Source of the DNA: Camelus dromedarius
Taxonomy: Eukaryota
DNA: 64,000 nt
Direction: 5' to 3'
NCBI RefSeq assembly: GCF_036321535.1
Contig: NC_087437.1
Coordinates: forward strand, 65,350,001 to 65,414,000
Within the stretch, counting starts at the first letter, position 1. Each line of letters begins with the position of its first letter. The notes beneath the pieces were generated by a model. The model had not been told where the DNA came from. It was given only the letters and a program-made list of their open reading frames with translations, and made no database searches. Of this stretch, positions 37,669 to 50,789 are shown in pieces. Both the position numbers and the translations under genes were made by a program.

Positions 37669-38154
37669 TGTTAGGGCTAAATGTTTGCTTTTCCCCTCCC
37701 CAAATCCATACACTCAAGCCCTAACCCACCAGTGTGGATGTATTTGGAGACGCGGCCTTTAAGGAAACAAGGTTAAATGAGGTCATAAGGTTGGGGCCCT
37801 GATCTGATAGAATTGATGTCCTTATAAAAAGAGACACCAGGACAGCTAGATACTTTCTTCTCCCTCCCCCTCCTTCCCTTTCCCTCCCTCTTTTCCCCTC
37901 TTTCTCTTCCCCTTTCTCCCCATCCTCCCCTACTCCATTCTTCTCCCTCCTCACCCCCGCAGCAGAAAGGCCACTTGAGCACAGAGTGAGAAGACAGCTG
38001 TCTGCAACTCAAGGAGAGAGCTCTCACCAAATACCAACACTGCTGGTACATTGATTTGAGATTTCCAGTCTTCAGAAGTGTGAGAAAATAAATTTCGGTT
38101 GTTCAAGTCACACAGTTGTTAGTATTTGTTAAGGCAGCCTAAGCAAATTTATAT
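37669..38154 (+). mobile_element. MLT1A-like MaLR LTR
   Basis: gtatttggaga...gcctttaagg...aggttaaatgaggtcataagg; gtgagaaaataaatttcggttgttcaagtcac. Confidence 0.75.
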
Positions 38155-38181
38155 AGAAGAGGAGGCTTCTTTGCATCATAT

Positions 38182-38350
38182 TGTGGGAATTAAGGCTCAG
38201 GAAACCAGCATAAAATATTCAGGCTACTGTGATTATTCTGTATCTCTGACCCAGGAGCCTCATGCCTTCTGTCAGCATCCATGAAACTGGCAAACTAACT
38301 TTATTTGCTTCAAGTAAAGTAAAATCTCAAACTTTTCACAGATCTTGACT
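38182..38350 (+). mobile_element. Short MER34/MER39-like ERV1 LTR remnant
   Basis: tctctgacccaggagcctcatgccttctgtcagcatccatgaaactgg...aaaatctcaaacttttcacagatcttgac. Confidence 0.5.
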
Positions 38351-40023
38351 TTCTAGAGCAGTTAAGGGCAGACTTACAGGAGATGAGATCAGAGAGAGAA
38401 TATGGAGCTAGATCATGTAAGTTCTTGTAGGACACAATAAAAATTTAGACTTTTATTTGGTATCAGATGGGAGGATTTTGAGAATAGAGTGATATAATCT
38501 AACTTTCCTTTAATAGGATCACTCTTCTTGCTGGGCATATCCTAAAGGGAATCAAGGTTGAAAGAAGGGAGAGCAGTTAAAATGTTACTACAATAATCCA
38601 GGTGAGAAATGGATAAAGGCTTGCTCAAACCAGGTGGTAACAGTAGAAGGGGTGAGAAATGGTCAGAATCTGAATATATTATAAAGGTCAAGCCAACAGA
38701 ATATGCGAATAAATTAGATTTAGAGTCTGAAAGGAGCATAGTGGTTAAGAATGATTCTAATGCTTTTGACCTGGGAAAATTGGAAGGATGAAATTTCCAT
38801 TAATAGATGTGGGAAAGATTGTGGAAGAAAGGAAAAGAATATTAGGAATTCAGTTTTGGACATAAGTTTGAGATACTTCTTAAACATCCAAGTGGATGTC
38901 AAATAACTGGATATCTATGTCAGGAATTTGGGGATTGGTCCAGACTATAAATGTAAATTCATGACCCATTAGATTATAAATGGCATTTAAAGTCATAAGG
39001 CTGGCTGGTTTCCTGTTGAGCTTGACTATAAATAGAAAACAGAAAAGGTTCAAGGAGTCAGTCTTTGGGCATCTCGATGTTTTAAGTCCAGTGAAATGTG
39101 GAGGGACCAGCAAAGAGGACTGAAAAGGAATGGCATATAAAGGTAGGAAGAAAACTAGGTAAATAAAGTATTCTGGAATCTAAGTGAAAAGTGAAATGTT
39201 TTAAGGTAAGGATAATGGTTAAACTGCACTATGCTACTGTTATATCTGGTAAGGAGTGGCCTGAGAATCATCACCTATATTGAGGTTTTTGTTAATTGGT
39301 GTGGGGGAAGGTTTGATTAGAATGCACTCGAGAGAATGTGAGAATAAAATTGGAAATAGTGACTATAACACAATCATTTCAAGGAATTTTTCACTAGAAA
39401 AAAGAAGTGAAATGGGGCATCATAGGAGAACAGATTCAAGGAGGGTTTTCTTTTAGTAGGAGAAATAACAGCATGTTTGTATGCTTATCTAGTAGAAAGA
39501 AATACTACAATTATACAAAGGAAACAGGAAAAATTGCTGGATTGACTTTCTTGTGTCAGTGAAAGGGCAGAATCTAGTATACAAATGGAGATGCTCATTA
39601 AGTTAGGAGCTTGCACAGTTTAGTCATAATAACAGGAGAGAATACAGAGACCATGGAGACATAAGTTGGTAGATGTAGTGGGGCAGCTGTTGAAGTTCTT
39701 ATCTGATTGTTTCACTTTTCTCAGTGAAAGGACACATGGTCATTAGCTAAGACTGAAAACAGTGGAGGAGGTATTGGAGCTCTGAGGAGAGTGGAGAAAA
39801 TACCTAATTGTTGTTTAAGGGGATGGGAGAGAGGACTAGGAAATTACAGTATGACTATCCAGCAGCACAGGAACCCACTTGAGGTTACTGATGATTTATT
39901 TTAAAATGAGACTGTTTAGTCTGGTTTTATATTTTTCTCCAGTCATATTCAGCTACACAGGTATACAAATAAAGTAGGTAGAATTCAATTTAACAGGATT
40001 GTGCTTAAGCTGAATATGTATCT

Positions 40024-40890
40024 GTGATATTACAATTTATGATAAATGCATATTTGATCTTTATCCTTATTTCTGGCACAGAGCTCCGAAAACCCTTGGA
40101 ATTTCCTAAGTGATGAGAGCAACACAGGTACCTTTCATTATGTTAATGACGTGATTTTTGGACTTCACCTAAGGATGGGGGCTGGTTGCCAGGGGAACCA
40201 ACCAGGTGATTAGAAGGTTAGCACTTTCAGCCCCACTCCACCCCCACCTCTGGTGAGAGGCGGGAAGTTGGAGATTGAGTTCAATCACCAACGGCCAATA
40301 AACTAATCAGCTACACCTGTGTAATGAAACCTCCATAAAAACCCAAAAGGAAGGAGTTTGGAGAACTTCCGGGTTGCTGAGCAGGTAGCGTGTGGGGAGT
40401 TACACTCCTGGAGAGGGCCTGGAAGCTCCGCGTCTCTTCCTATGTATCTTGCCCTACACATCTCTTCTATCTGGATGTTCATCTATCTTCTTTTGTTATA
40501 CACTGGTAAACAGTAAGTAAACAATTTTTCTGAGTTCTGTGAACTGCTCTAGCAAATTAATTGAACCCAAGGAGCGAGTTGTGGGAACCTCAGGCCTATA
40601 ACTGGTTGGTCAAAAGAAAAGGTGACAACGTTGACTTGACTTGTGATTGGTATCTGGAAGCAGGGGGAGTCTTTGTTCTCTGAGACCTTTCCCTGTGGGA
40701 TCTGTCATGATCTCCATGTAGACAGTGTCTGAATTGAGTTAAATTGTGGAACACCCAGCTGGTGTCTCAGAGAATTGCTTGTTTGTGGACAACGCCTCCA
40801 CATATCTGGTGTCAGAAGTGTTTGTGAGTGTGGTAGTCATGCAAAAATGAAGGAGACACACAGGAGAAACATAGAAGGGGGAAGGTTTGG
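40024..40890 (+). mobile_element. MER21-like solo LTR
   Basis: ttctggcacagagctccgaaaacccttggaatttcctaagtgat; ttctgagttctgtgaactgctctagcaaattaattgaacccaagg. Confidence 0.75.
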
Positions 40891-40939
40891 GATTTTCCCT
40901 GCACAGGAGGGTGGAACTGTAGGTTATTTCAGCCCAGCA

Positions 40940-41105
40940 TGCAAAATTGCATTTGTACAATTATCATCACCTGTGGCTTGTTAAAATAAAAGCAAATTCT
41001 CAGACCCCACCCAGGCCTACTGAATGAGAAACTCTGGAAATTGGGCTCACTAATGTGTGTTGTAACAAAACAAACCCTCCAAGTGATTTTGATACAGACT
41101 ATAGC
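40940..41105. mobile_element. MER5A-like element
   Basis: atcacctgtggcttgttaaa...gcaaattctcagaccccacccaggcctactgaatgagaaactctgg. Confidence 0.65.
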
Positions 41106-42489
41106 TGTTGAATGGATAATCTCTAGGTGCTTTTTCACTCTAAAATTAGTGATTTAGTAATTTAGTACAAATTACCGTATCATTCATTAGAATTTGTTGT
41201 TAAAACAAAGATGAAGTAATGTGAAAAGATTCCTTTAAAAAAAGAGAAGTAGGGCTTTGAGAGGTTTTTGATTAATGATTGAGTCTTATTAGTTACAGGT
41301 CTGTTCAGACTTTTATTTCTTCATAATTCAGCCTCGGTAGTTGTATGTTAATAGGGATGTATCCATTTCTTCTAGGTTATCCTACTACATTAAGAACTGT
41401 ATATCTAGATCATAGGCTTTTCACAAAGAAATAGATTTTTAATCTCTCCATAAAAGGGATCCTGGCAAAAGCTTGAATTCATGTCAATAGCACATGACAG
41501 AAGTGTATGTGAAATTTCGTTTGTTTTTGTCTAGTACCCAGACAGAATTGTACTTTGCTTTTTTCATTCAGTGATTTAAAAATACCTAAAAATCCTAATA
41601 GATTCCTATGTGTCTATTAAGGGCTTAGACAAATTCTATACTTTATCTTCAGGAGTTTCAGGTAACAGTATATCTACTTTGGGGAAAACATAATTTCTAC
41701 AAACACTCAACTAGTAATAACAGCTGTAAACAACTAACAGAGCTGCTACCTGTAAGTGGAGAGTGTGTTTAGTTTTCTATATTAGGCTGTGATTATACTT
41801 GTCTAGTCAAATATAATCATGTTTGATTGAGTTATATTCTTACTGGTTTTTACTGCAGTTTATAAGACATATAATGCATAAATTTCACAAAAGTTTGAAT
41901 TACACACATCTTACATGGAAAGGCCCTAACTAAATACTTTAAACCTTGATGGGAAGTTTCATTGTATTAGACTTAAGATTAACAACTGTATCCTCATTTT
42001 AACTAAACGTGATTTCCAGACAAAACATGTTAACTGGTTTCATATTGTATCTGTGAGATAGCACATTAACTCATTTTCATATTTGCATGAATTACTTTAA
42101 TTGTTCCTCATTAGAGAACTGGACTACAAAGGAATTGAAATGCAGGCAAGTAACTCTGACATAGGAAGTGGCCTGGGAAAAGTCTAGACTACAGGGTAAG
42201 TCTAGAAGGTATTTTTGCCAGCAGGCAAAGGACAACACAAGAATACTGAAAGAAGCAGAATAATTAAAAAAGCAAGAAATTATCTTGGGTATACTTTTGC
42301 ATAGGATTAATGTTGAGAACATACACATGAAAACAAGTATCTAAGCTTACGTAATAGGTAATCAGAAACTGAATTAGTTAAAATCATATCCTTAGAAACA
42401 AGAGGAGGAAAATTTAGAGAAAATATGAGGTAAGTCCATTTACATGAATCTTTATTGCTTTTACATTTTAAATTTTTCTTTATCAGCCC

Positions 42490-42827
42490 TTTATTTTTTA
42501 TTGAAGTATAGTCAGTTTACAATGTGTCAGTTTCTGGTGTACAGCATAATGTTTCAGCCATACATATACATACATGTATTTGTTTTCATATTCTTTCTCA
42601 TTATGGGTTACTACAAGATATTGAATATAGTTCCTTGTGCTATACAGAGGAAACTTGTTTATCTATTTTACATATAGTAGTTAATATTTGCAAATCTCGA
42701 ACTCCCAATTTATCCCTTCCCATCCCTTTCCCCCTCGGTAACCATAAGTTTGTTTTCTATGTCTATGAGTCTGTTTCTGTTTTGTAGATAAGTTCATTAG
42801 AGTCTTCTTTTTTCTTTTTTTAGATTC
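42490..42827 (-). mobile_element. Relatively young 5'-truncated L1 3' end
   Basis: tttattgaagtatagtcagtttacaatg...ggtaaccataagtttgttttctatgtctatgagtctgtttctgttttgtagataagttcatt. Confidence 0.85.
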
Positions 42828-43002
42828 TTTAAGTGAGGCACATTTTTTTTATTAAATTTGTGAGACTAAAATACTTTAACCACAATCAAGTTAAATGTCT
42901 TTCTCTTTCCACTCTAATTTTCTTCCAGCTAGGTGACATTGTAGTGAATAGGCATTTCAGGAATTTGGACAAGGGGAAATTAAGATGGGGGTACATTTAG
43001 CT

Positions 43003-43057
43003 TGGGCTTAGTGAGATTTATTTCAGTCACTACCATGTCTAGGTTACTGCAAGCTTT
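43003..43057 (+). repeat. Dispersed direct repeat, copy 1 (55 bp)
   Basis: 53/55 identical to 44551-44605 by eye. Confidence 0.9.
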
Positions 43058-43899
43058 CAAGGTATAGGAATGGCTCCCAGAAAACTCCTATTGCTCTGAT
43101 GTAAGTCAGCACAAATCGGACATGAAAATGCAGAGCTGAAGATCATATTACAAATTATATATTATGTCAACATTAGAAATATATAGATAATGTAGAGCAA
43201 ACAAGATTTGAAATTTGAAATGTGGGAGGCAAAAGCCATTCTATAGAAAATTTTTCCAAATCATATAGCTCCTAAGAAACTTGATACATGTTTTCTGAAA
43301 TTTTGACAACAAACATAAAAGTTCATATGACATTTACTGATGATAGATGATTGACAGGTGGAAAAGAGAAAAGGGAAGAGAGGAAATAAGATTGGCTGGA
43401 CTGAGGAGCTGGTGCTTGGAAGTAGCAGGAAATTAGAGAGGTAGAGTAAGGCTGAGCTTAGAGAGACTGCTGATTTCCAAGAAATTGCTTCTATGGGTAA
43501 GTGAAAAATACCAGAGAATATGGTGCATAGAAATTAGGTAATGAAAACAATACTGGAATAAGACCAGTTGGGAGGCAGTAAGTAAAAGGGATCAGAAAAG
43601 AAACTGATGTGATGGAAGTCATTTAGGTAGTAGTATGGCACTATTAACAGAAATGGGAGAGTAGGAAAAACCAGTTCAGGGCTGAAGAGAATTAATTATG
43701 GAGATTCTTTAGTTTAATTATGAGTTTAAATCTTGAGTTTGATCATGAGGCATGAAAATAGTTGTTTTTTTTTTTTAACAAAACTGATAGGCACTTCATG
43801 TGGCAGAATTGATAATTACAATTCAGAATAATTTGAAGTTGGCAGCACAAAGCATTAAGTAGAAATGAGATGCAATTTAAAATGAGTCTCAAAAAATTA

Positions 43900-44060
43900 G
43901 AGGGTAGGAAACTCTTCGAGGTGATGCATATGTTTATGGCATAGATTGTGGTCATGGTTTCATGTATGTATACTTATCTCCAAACTCATCAAGTTGTATA
44001 CATTAAATATGTACAGCTTTCTGTATGCCAGTCATACTTCAGTGAAGGTACTTTAAAATT
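43900..44060 (+). mobile_element. L1 3' end fragment
   Basis: gtatacttatctccaaactcatcaagttgtatacattaaatatgtacagc. Confidence 0.7.
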
Positions 44061-44550
44061 AGAATCTCAGAAAATTTCAGAGAGTAAAATTCCTAGAGGC
44101 AAAATTGTGGAGGGGGAGATGGGACTGAGAAGAAGGGAATTTTCTTGTGGCAGAATTTTATTTACTTTCCTCTGTATTTTGATTTTTTAACAATTACAAA
44201 ATTGAAGCATCAGCACTTGAGAGGGAAAAAAAGGCATATCACATCATGATTTTTGTTCAAAAATAAAACCGTATTTGTTGGAATATCTCTTAGAAAATTG
44301 TCTTTCACTGAAAGTTGTGAAGTTGTGTATGTAGAAGTTTGACTTTTACCTTAAATTTGTGAGGAATGCCTGGCACATATTAGGTATTCAATCTGTATAA
44401 CAATTTATTGAGTTAAATAATGGATTAAATTAATACTTAAAAGTTCATAATGACCTTACTGATCTGGCTGTCTCTCAACCAGTATAAGAGAATTGTACAT
44501 ATTTCCTTAAAATTAGGAATATAGTAAAAGATATTTTCTTTTGTGAAATA

Positions 44551-44605
44551 TGGGTTTAGTGAGATTTATTTCAGTCACTACCATGTCTAGGTTATTGCAA
44601 GCTTT
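44551..44605 (+). repeat. Dispersed direct repeat, copy 2 (55 bp)
   Basis: 53/55 identical to 43003-43057 by eye. Confidence 0.9.
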
Positions 44606-44655
44606 ACAACTAGTATATAGTGAACCTAACGGATTAACGTTTAAAATACAATGCA

Positions 44656-45017
44656 TTTTATGGGCTGGATTTTGTATACTGCCCCCCTCCAAATTTGAAT
44701 CTTGAAGGCCTAAACCCCAGTACCTCAGAATGTGACCACATCTGAGACAGAGCCTTTAAAGTGGTGATTAAGATAAAATGAGGCTAATAGGGAGGGCCCT
44801 CATCAAACTATCAAATATCTTTCTAAGAAGAAGAGATCACGATACTCAGGGAGATACCAGGGGTACATGCATACAGAGGGACAGTCATGTAAGAATAGGT
44901 GAGAGGATGGCCAACTACGAGCCAGGGAGAGGCCCCAGAAGAAACCAGACCTGCCGACACCTTAATCTTGGGCCTCCAGAAATGTGAGAAAATAAACATC
45001 TGTTGTTTAAGCCACAC
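44656..45017 (+). mobile_element. MLT1A/B-like MaLR LTR
   Basis: cctaaaccccagtacctcagaatgtgacc; gcctccagaaatgtgagaaaataaacatctgttgtttaagccac. Confidence 0.8.
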
Positions 45018-45890
45018 ACAAACAAAGTAGGTTTATCTGAACTTGGCACACTAGTAGAGTGCTGACTATTCTACCTACGATAAATAACAGTCCATCTATA
45101 TGAATTTAGCACACCAGTTAACAAAAACACAACTCTGTCTAACCTAAACACAACTATCTAACCTACCATACGTGTATTTTTAAACAAAACTCCTTATCCT
45201 GTATATTTATAAAAATTCTTTTTAAGAAATGTTTTTCAGATAGTTTTTTTTAATATGTAGGAGAGAGACAGTAAAAGTTATTGACAAACTGTAAAATACT
45301 CAAAGGAGTAACAGAAGGAATCACACATCTCATCTTCAAAAGGAAAAAGATAATTCAAATAGGAAGAGAATACAGTGTGTACTTCAGCAACAATGCTTAT
45401 AACGTGGGTCAAATTCTCTAGGCACAAAAATAAAAGGAAGAAATTGTGTGGCATGGCTTTGAAACAAGATGGGAAGATTACCAAAGAATTTAGAGTTACC
45501 TCAAGTCAGACTGCTTCTAGCCTAACCATCCTGAGTTCAAGGATGATGTAAAAACACTCAGGTTCTGATCTGGCATGAAACCTTGGAGAAAAGCTTTAAT
45601 TCATTAAAAAAATTTTTAACTTTTGCATTAAGGCTTTTCTCAATGCTTTTCAAGAACTTATTCTCCAAGGCATTGTTTAGACTGAGTCAACCACAGAAAT
45701 GAGTGACTATTTTACCCTGCAGGAGGGATAAGCTGCAATAGTTAGGACAGTATATGATTTATAAAATTCTCAGTAGTTGTTATTATGCAGAATACTTAAA
45801 TCTTTGCTCCAGGTCAATATAAATAAATGTTTTTCAATACCACATATCTAAATTTGAAAAAGCAGTGAAGGAATAAATAAAAATTCTTAC

Positions 45891-46130
45891 CAGTTGGCAA
45901 TACCATGACTGGCTCTGTAAATCTTTGTTCCTCTGCTGAAGGTAGGTTTAGGGATATGATTAACACCATTCCCAGACTAGTTCCAACAAACAAACAAGGG
46001 GAGATAGTAGAGTCATTTTTCCGAGCAAAGGACTCCATGAAGTATAGTGCTGTAATTGCCTCTTTGGAATCTTTGTCAATGCTGGAGATGCTAGAGCTTC
46101 TAGAACGATTATAGGAATTTTCTCGACTTT
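45891..46130 (-). CDS. STXBP5L: Tomosyn-2 coding exon (240 nt)
   Basis: minus: atttccatag|AAAGTC...CCAACTG|gtaaga; (E)SRENSYNRSRSSSISSIDKDSKEAITALYFMESFARKNDSTISPCLFVGTSLGMVLIISLNLPSAEEQRFTEPVMVLPT. Confidence 0.96.
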
Positions 46131-48195
46131 CTATGGAAATTTAAAGAACAAAAATTAAGTTTTTAGCGTATTTCCAGAACAAGTCAAGTCAGACTCAGTA
46201 CATGAAAACCAAAATTATGAGAGGGGAGTAGAATTTGATTCTTTGTTAACTGATCTGGAAGGCAGCTTATCCAATTCACCAGCTTATTTTGAAGATGAAG
46301 AGACTGAGACTAGAGCAGAGCTGGGACTAGAACGTGAGGAGTTACAGTTCACTGTTTTTCTCTGTACCTTACCTCGTAAGTTAGTTGAAATTCTCTAGTT
46401 TAGAAAAGAGATGTTTAGTCTAAATAGTCAAGGTTACAAGAATTTCTGTGTGCTATTTTAATTAAGCTTCCTTCCTCTCTTAATTGTTGGAAGTATTCCT
46501 AATGATTTCTTGACAATTTCTAACTTACCGACAACATCGTGGCTACTTACCTGAAGGGTCACAAATGTTCTGTGGTGAATACATTCCCCTAATTTTGCTG
46601 TATTTGGAGCAATTACAATTGTAAAAATGGAACTATTTATATTAGCACCAAGACTAAAGAGCAAATGTCATTTCCCTGAACTAGTTACAAGCTGTCTACC
46701 CTGAATCCAGATTCTGTGCTAAGTTTGCATAGGGCCAAATAAGGAGCTGTAAACAATGACACCCCACCGACTGTGGTAATCTGAGAGGGCTTCGGTGTGC
46801 TTAAAGGAAATAGGAGTTTCAGATTCTCCTGCTCATCAGCACTTACACATGTGCACACTCCAACAAGCAGAAACTCAACATCTCAGGTAAATGATATTAG
46901 GAAGATTATATCCAGAGTACAAGTTTCTCATATTCTTTCTACTGCCTTCACTCACCTTTCTTGATAGGTTCAAGTGTGACTCATTTTTATAAAAGGTAAT
47001 ATACAATACACAATAAAACTAAATACAAGTTCCTCAGACTATTCTTTTTCTACAAAGTAAAAGACAGTGTTCCTAATTTCCCCCCTTCCATTCCTCTGCA
47101 AGTTTGTAAAAATAATTGTTTGTAATAGAATCTAGGTATAAGAGAGAGCTTAGATATAAGAGAGAGCTTGGATATAATCTATGTATTTTACAGATTGGGA
47201 GACAGAGATGTAGAGTTAACTGATTTTCCCAGAATCAACAAGTTAAAGGCAGAAATGTCTAAAACTCAAAATTCCCAACTCTCAATACACTGATGAAGAG
47301 TGCTACTTTTTTTTTTTTAATAACCTTTACATTTTGCTTCTATTACAACATTCCTAACTAAAGTTTCCAAAAATTTTTCATTCACGGTTATGGTTGATCA
47401 ATATTCAAGGTTGCTACTCATAGACAGCTGTGAGAAAGATACTATCTGCCTGTCCATGGACCAGATTTACTGTAAATTAATGCTAAGGAAACAAACTAAG
47501 AAATTTATTTTTAAAATTTGAAGAATAATAACGATCATTACTATCAAATTTTGAGAGGTGGTAAATGGGGAATTATTTTATAGCATAGAATTAAGATAGC
47601 TAACATTCCTAAGATGATTTCTTCCTATCTCTCTTCCTGAAGCTCTTCATCAGCAAGACAGCAGCAGCAGTTACAGGAGTCCTTTTTTCTCTCTTAATTT
47701 CTGGCCTTCTGGCTCTTGTACTTTACCTCCTGACCCTACACTAATTTCATAAATAAGCAAGTAATCCTCCCTTTAAAACATGTGAAGATGAAGACTGCAA
47801 ACTATAGAATTTAATATCTCCCCTTTTTCTTGGTCACATTTACTTGGCGGTTGAGGAAATTAAGGTTACAAGACATTAAATAACTCTACAGATAGAGACA
47901 CCAAGATGCTAAACATTGAGATGGAAAGAAACTGGGAATGTAGAGAACAAATTAAGGCATAGGTCTCACTTTGCATGGAGTCTACCCATAAATGGAGCCA
48001 TTCTGGTTTTAGAGTTGAAAGAGGTGTTGGGAAAAATGGATCTGGAGTCATGGCCACAGCCCAACCAGGTGCTCAGTTACTTGTTGTCTAGAGTTGAGTA
48101 TAGTTTTCAGTCTCTTACATGTGACCACTATTCCCTTATTGTCCAGCTACCATTACTATGGAATGTCAAATTTTAAATGTGTATGTTTAACATAC

Positions 48196-48366
48196 CTTCT
48201 GTTGTGACTGGTAAGGAAATCTCCATGCAAGCAGCTGACTGTGCTTTTCGAAATGGCGGTCTTCCCGGACCCCAGCGATTTACTTTTGAAACGTCAGCAC
48301 TAGAAAGACGTTTTCCAGAACTGCAACTCTGAGAAGTTGGACTTGTGCAATGTCCATTTACATGAT
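48196..48366 (-). CDS. STXBP5L: Tomosyn-2 hypervariable-region exon (171 nt, symmetric phase 1-1)
   Basis: minus: ttttctccgtacag|ATCATG...ACAGAAG|gtatgt; (D)HVNGHCTSPTSQSCSSGKRLSSADVSKVNRWGPGRPPFRKAQSAACMEISLPVTTE; absent from the ORF track. Confidence 0.93.
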
Positions 48367-48739
48367 CTGTACGGAGAAAAAGGCAGCATAAATATCATAA
48401 TTAAATCTTAATATAAATGAATCCAAGTGAGTAGATTATAAAGGAAAAGTGAGAATTCCTTTTTATCAAACTATAAAAAGATGGCTCACTATTTCAGTAT
48501 TTAGTCAAAATTTCAGTAGCTAGCCAAATTTTTCATAGTTATTAAATATAAGTTCATCATTTAATTTGACTAGTTAACATAGTTCAAAATTTGTTTTATG
48601 TCCCCATTATGTATTCTACCATTTAATGGCAATACAAAATAAGTTATAGTAGTGGACTTTATTTGGCATAATTTAAATATACACCTATTTTCAAGTGCTT
48701 AGAGTTTAAAACACAGAAAGGAAGCATTTTACCGTGAAG

Positions 48740-48960
48740 TTGAGAATGGCACTTAAGAATATTGACTCTACAGCCAGACTGCCTGGGCTCAAATCCCAGT
48801 TCTACTACTTACTAGTTGTACAAATTATTAAAGACGTTCACATTTTAGTTTCCTCTTCTGTAAACTGGGACTATTATCTACCTCATGGAGTTTTTGTGAT
48901 AACATATGTCACATGCCAGAATACTTACTGATAAATGGTAAACTCTGAACAAAAATTAGT
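48740..48960 (+). mobile_element. MIR SINE
   Basis: gccagactgcctgggctcaaatcccagttctactacttactagttgt...agtttcctcttctgtaaactggga (MIR core). Confidence 0.7.
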
Positions 48961-49394
48961 AATTGCCATTCTTGTTCCAGAGTATTAAAACTGCTCATGT
49001 GATAAGGCAATAGTATTGTTTATTTAGAACTTGTGAGTTTAGTTCTGTTTTGATACAATTTAAAAACTTGGAAATAACTGCACTAAAATGTTCTTAATGC
49101 TACATATTTGAAATATCATCTCATAGTTCTACAATATTTAGAATGCATTTTTAAATGTGCTTCTTTAGTCATCCAAAGGATAGCAGAGTTAAATGAAGAA
49201 GAATCATGTTTAATGTCCATGTTGGACATAGAGAACTGGCACTCAGTATCCACTCTGGTACAGCCTTTCTGTAATGAAGAGTTTAAAAAAAATTACACAT
49301 TCCCTGGATTCCCTTGTACCTAGTGCAAGGATGAGAATTAAGTTTCACCATTTAAATGCACTAGTGTGTTTTACTATTTTTTAAAAATGACAGT

Positions 49395-49585
49395 TAACAA
49401 TTATTGAATACTTAAATGCCAGGCATTTTATACACATTACTCATTTAATCTTCACAACAACTATGCAAGGTAGTGCTTTATTATCCTGATTTTGCAGATG
49501 AGGAAATTGGTCAGAAAAAAAGTTCAGAAAATTATCTAACATAACATAAGTAGTACTCATGGAGGCAGGATTCTAATCCAAATTT
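49395..49585 (-). mobile_element. MIR SINE
   Basis: tcatttaatcttcacaacaactatgcaaggtag...ttttgcagatgaggaaattg. Confidence 0.7.
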
Positions 49586-50789
49586 TCTCAGTGTCTGTAT
49601 GCTTAAAAACTGTGCCACAAGGTCAGCTAAAATATTTGATAAGGAGTAGCAATTTTGAAGACATTTAATAGGGTTTAGGAGTAGCTTGTGTGAAGCACAT
49701 TGAGATCCAAGCCTTTTGGGACCAGTCATCTTCCATATTAACACAGATCTCAGAAATCTTAGATTTCCCAGATAGAAAGGCAGAAACAATCACATGATGA
49801 GATAGCCATGGGGAAGCAGAAGTTAAGAGCTCTACCTCTGCTTCCCTATCAAATCTAGTCTTATAAATAGGAAGAACATTGAGGGCAACAGCTGGCACTA
49901 ACAAGGACAGTGAAGTAAAAAATGAAAATGACTTTGGGGGTATAAACTGCAAAAATAAGCCCCATTCTGGGTACAATAGTTACGAAAAGTTACCCCTTCA
50001 GCAGGTGTGATGCCTTGTTCTAGGGCTCTTCCAAAGCAATGTGGGGCAGATTGCAGCCCTCGTCACATCCTCTTAACGAGGTACAAGAGTATATGGCAGT
50101 GCTCTGAGAAAAGTCAATTTGTTCAGTTAGGACTCTTTGGATTTGCTAAGCCAATGTCCCTGCCTATCTATTACCACCTTTTGGTGGCTTTTCATGTGAA
50201 TATTGTTTCATTTGAGCTCATAATATGGGCAGTATCAATTACTAGAATACTCAACATGCTGTTCTTTCCCTCCCTGCCCTGCTGTATGGACAAATTTTCC
50301 CCAGCTTCTCATGTTTGACTCATGAGGTCTGAATGACATTACCACACATGGGCAGCCCAGATTTTTTGCCATATCCTCCTGTTTTCAAGAGGACTGATTT
50401 ATTTAAAGGATTTCTTTCTGTTAAACATTTTTTTAAAAAAAAGTATCTGGAAGTGAATTTGCTTGAAAATTTTTTTCACTGCAGTAAATATTCAAGATAG
50501 ATATGAACTGATACAAAATATAAAGAAATTTGGTTATAGACCAGCCACAGTCATTCTGGATATTTATGATAAAGAAATAATAATTTCTAAATACAAAAGA
50601 AACATAAAAATCTCTATCAATAAAAGTATTCACTGTGTTTTAGTTATTATAGATAAAAATTGGAAACAACCCACCCTTTACAATTAAGCATAAAGTTTTA
50701 GGTAAAGAGTGGTAAATATCACATAATACAGTATTAAAATCTTTAAAAATGTTTCTGAAATGCTTGTTAAAACTTATAAAATATCTATA

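Larger units (their letters stand above)
37400..39990 (-). mobile_element. Long LINE-2 remnant with nested LTRs
   Basis: Begins catttgatcaacaagtatttattgag (antisense L2 3' end); ggaattcagttttggacataagtttgagat...aaacatccaagtggatgtcaa. Confidence 0.75.

Noticed and set aside
46950..47020. Strong minus-strand donor (AAG|gtgagt near 46955) suggesting a cryptic STXBP5L exon
   Set aside because: No convincing acceptor or tomosyn-like translation; the flanking exons already join in frame.
47137..47177. 18-bp tandem duplication (tataagagagagctt(a/g)ga x2)
   Set aside because: Ordinary slippage duplication with no further structure.
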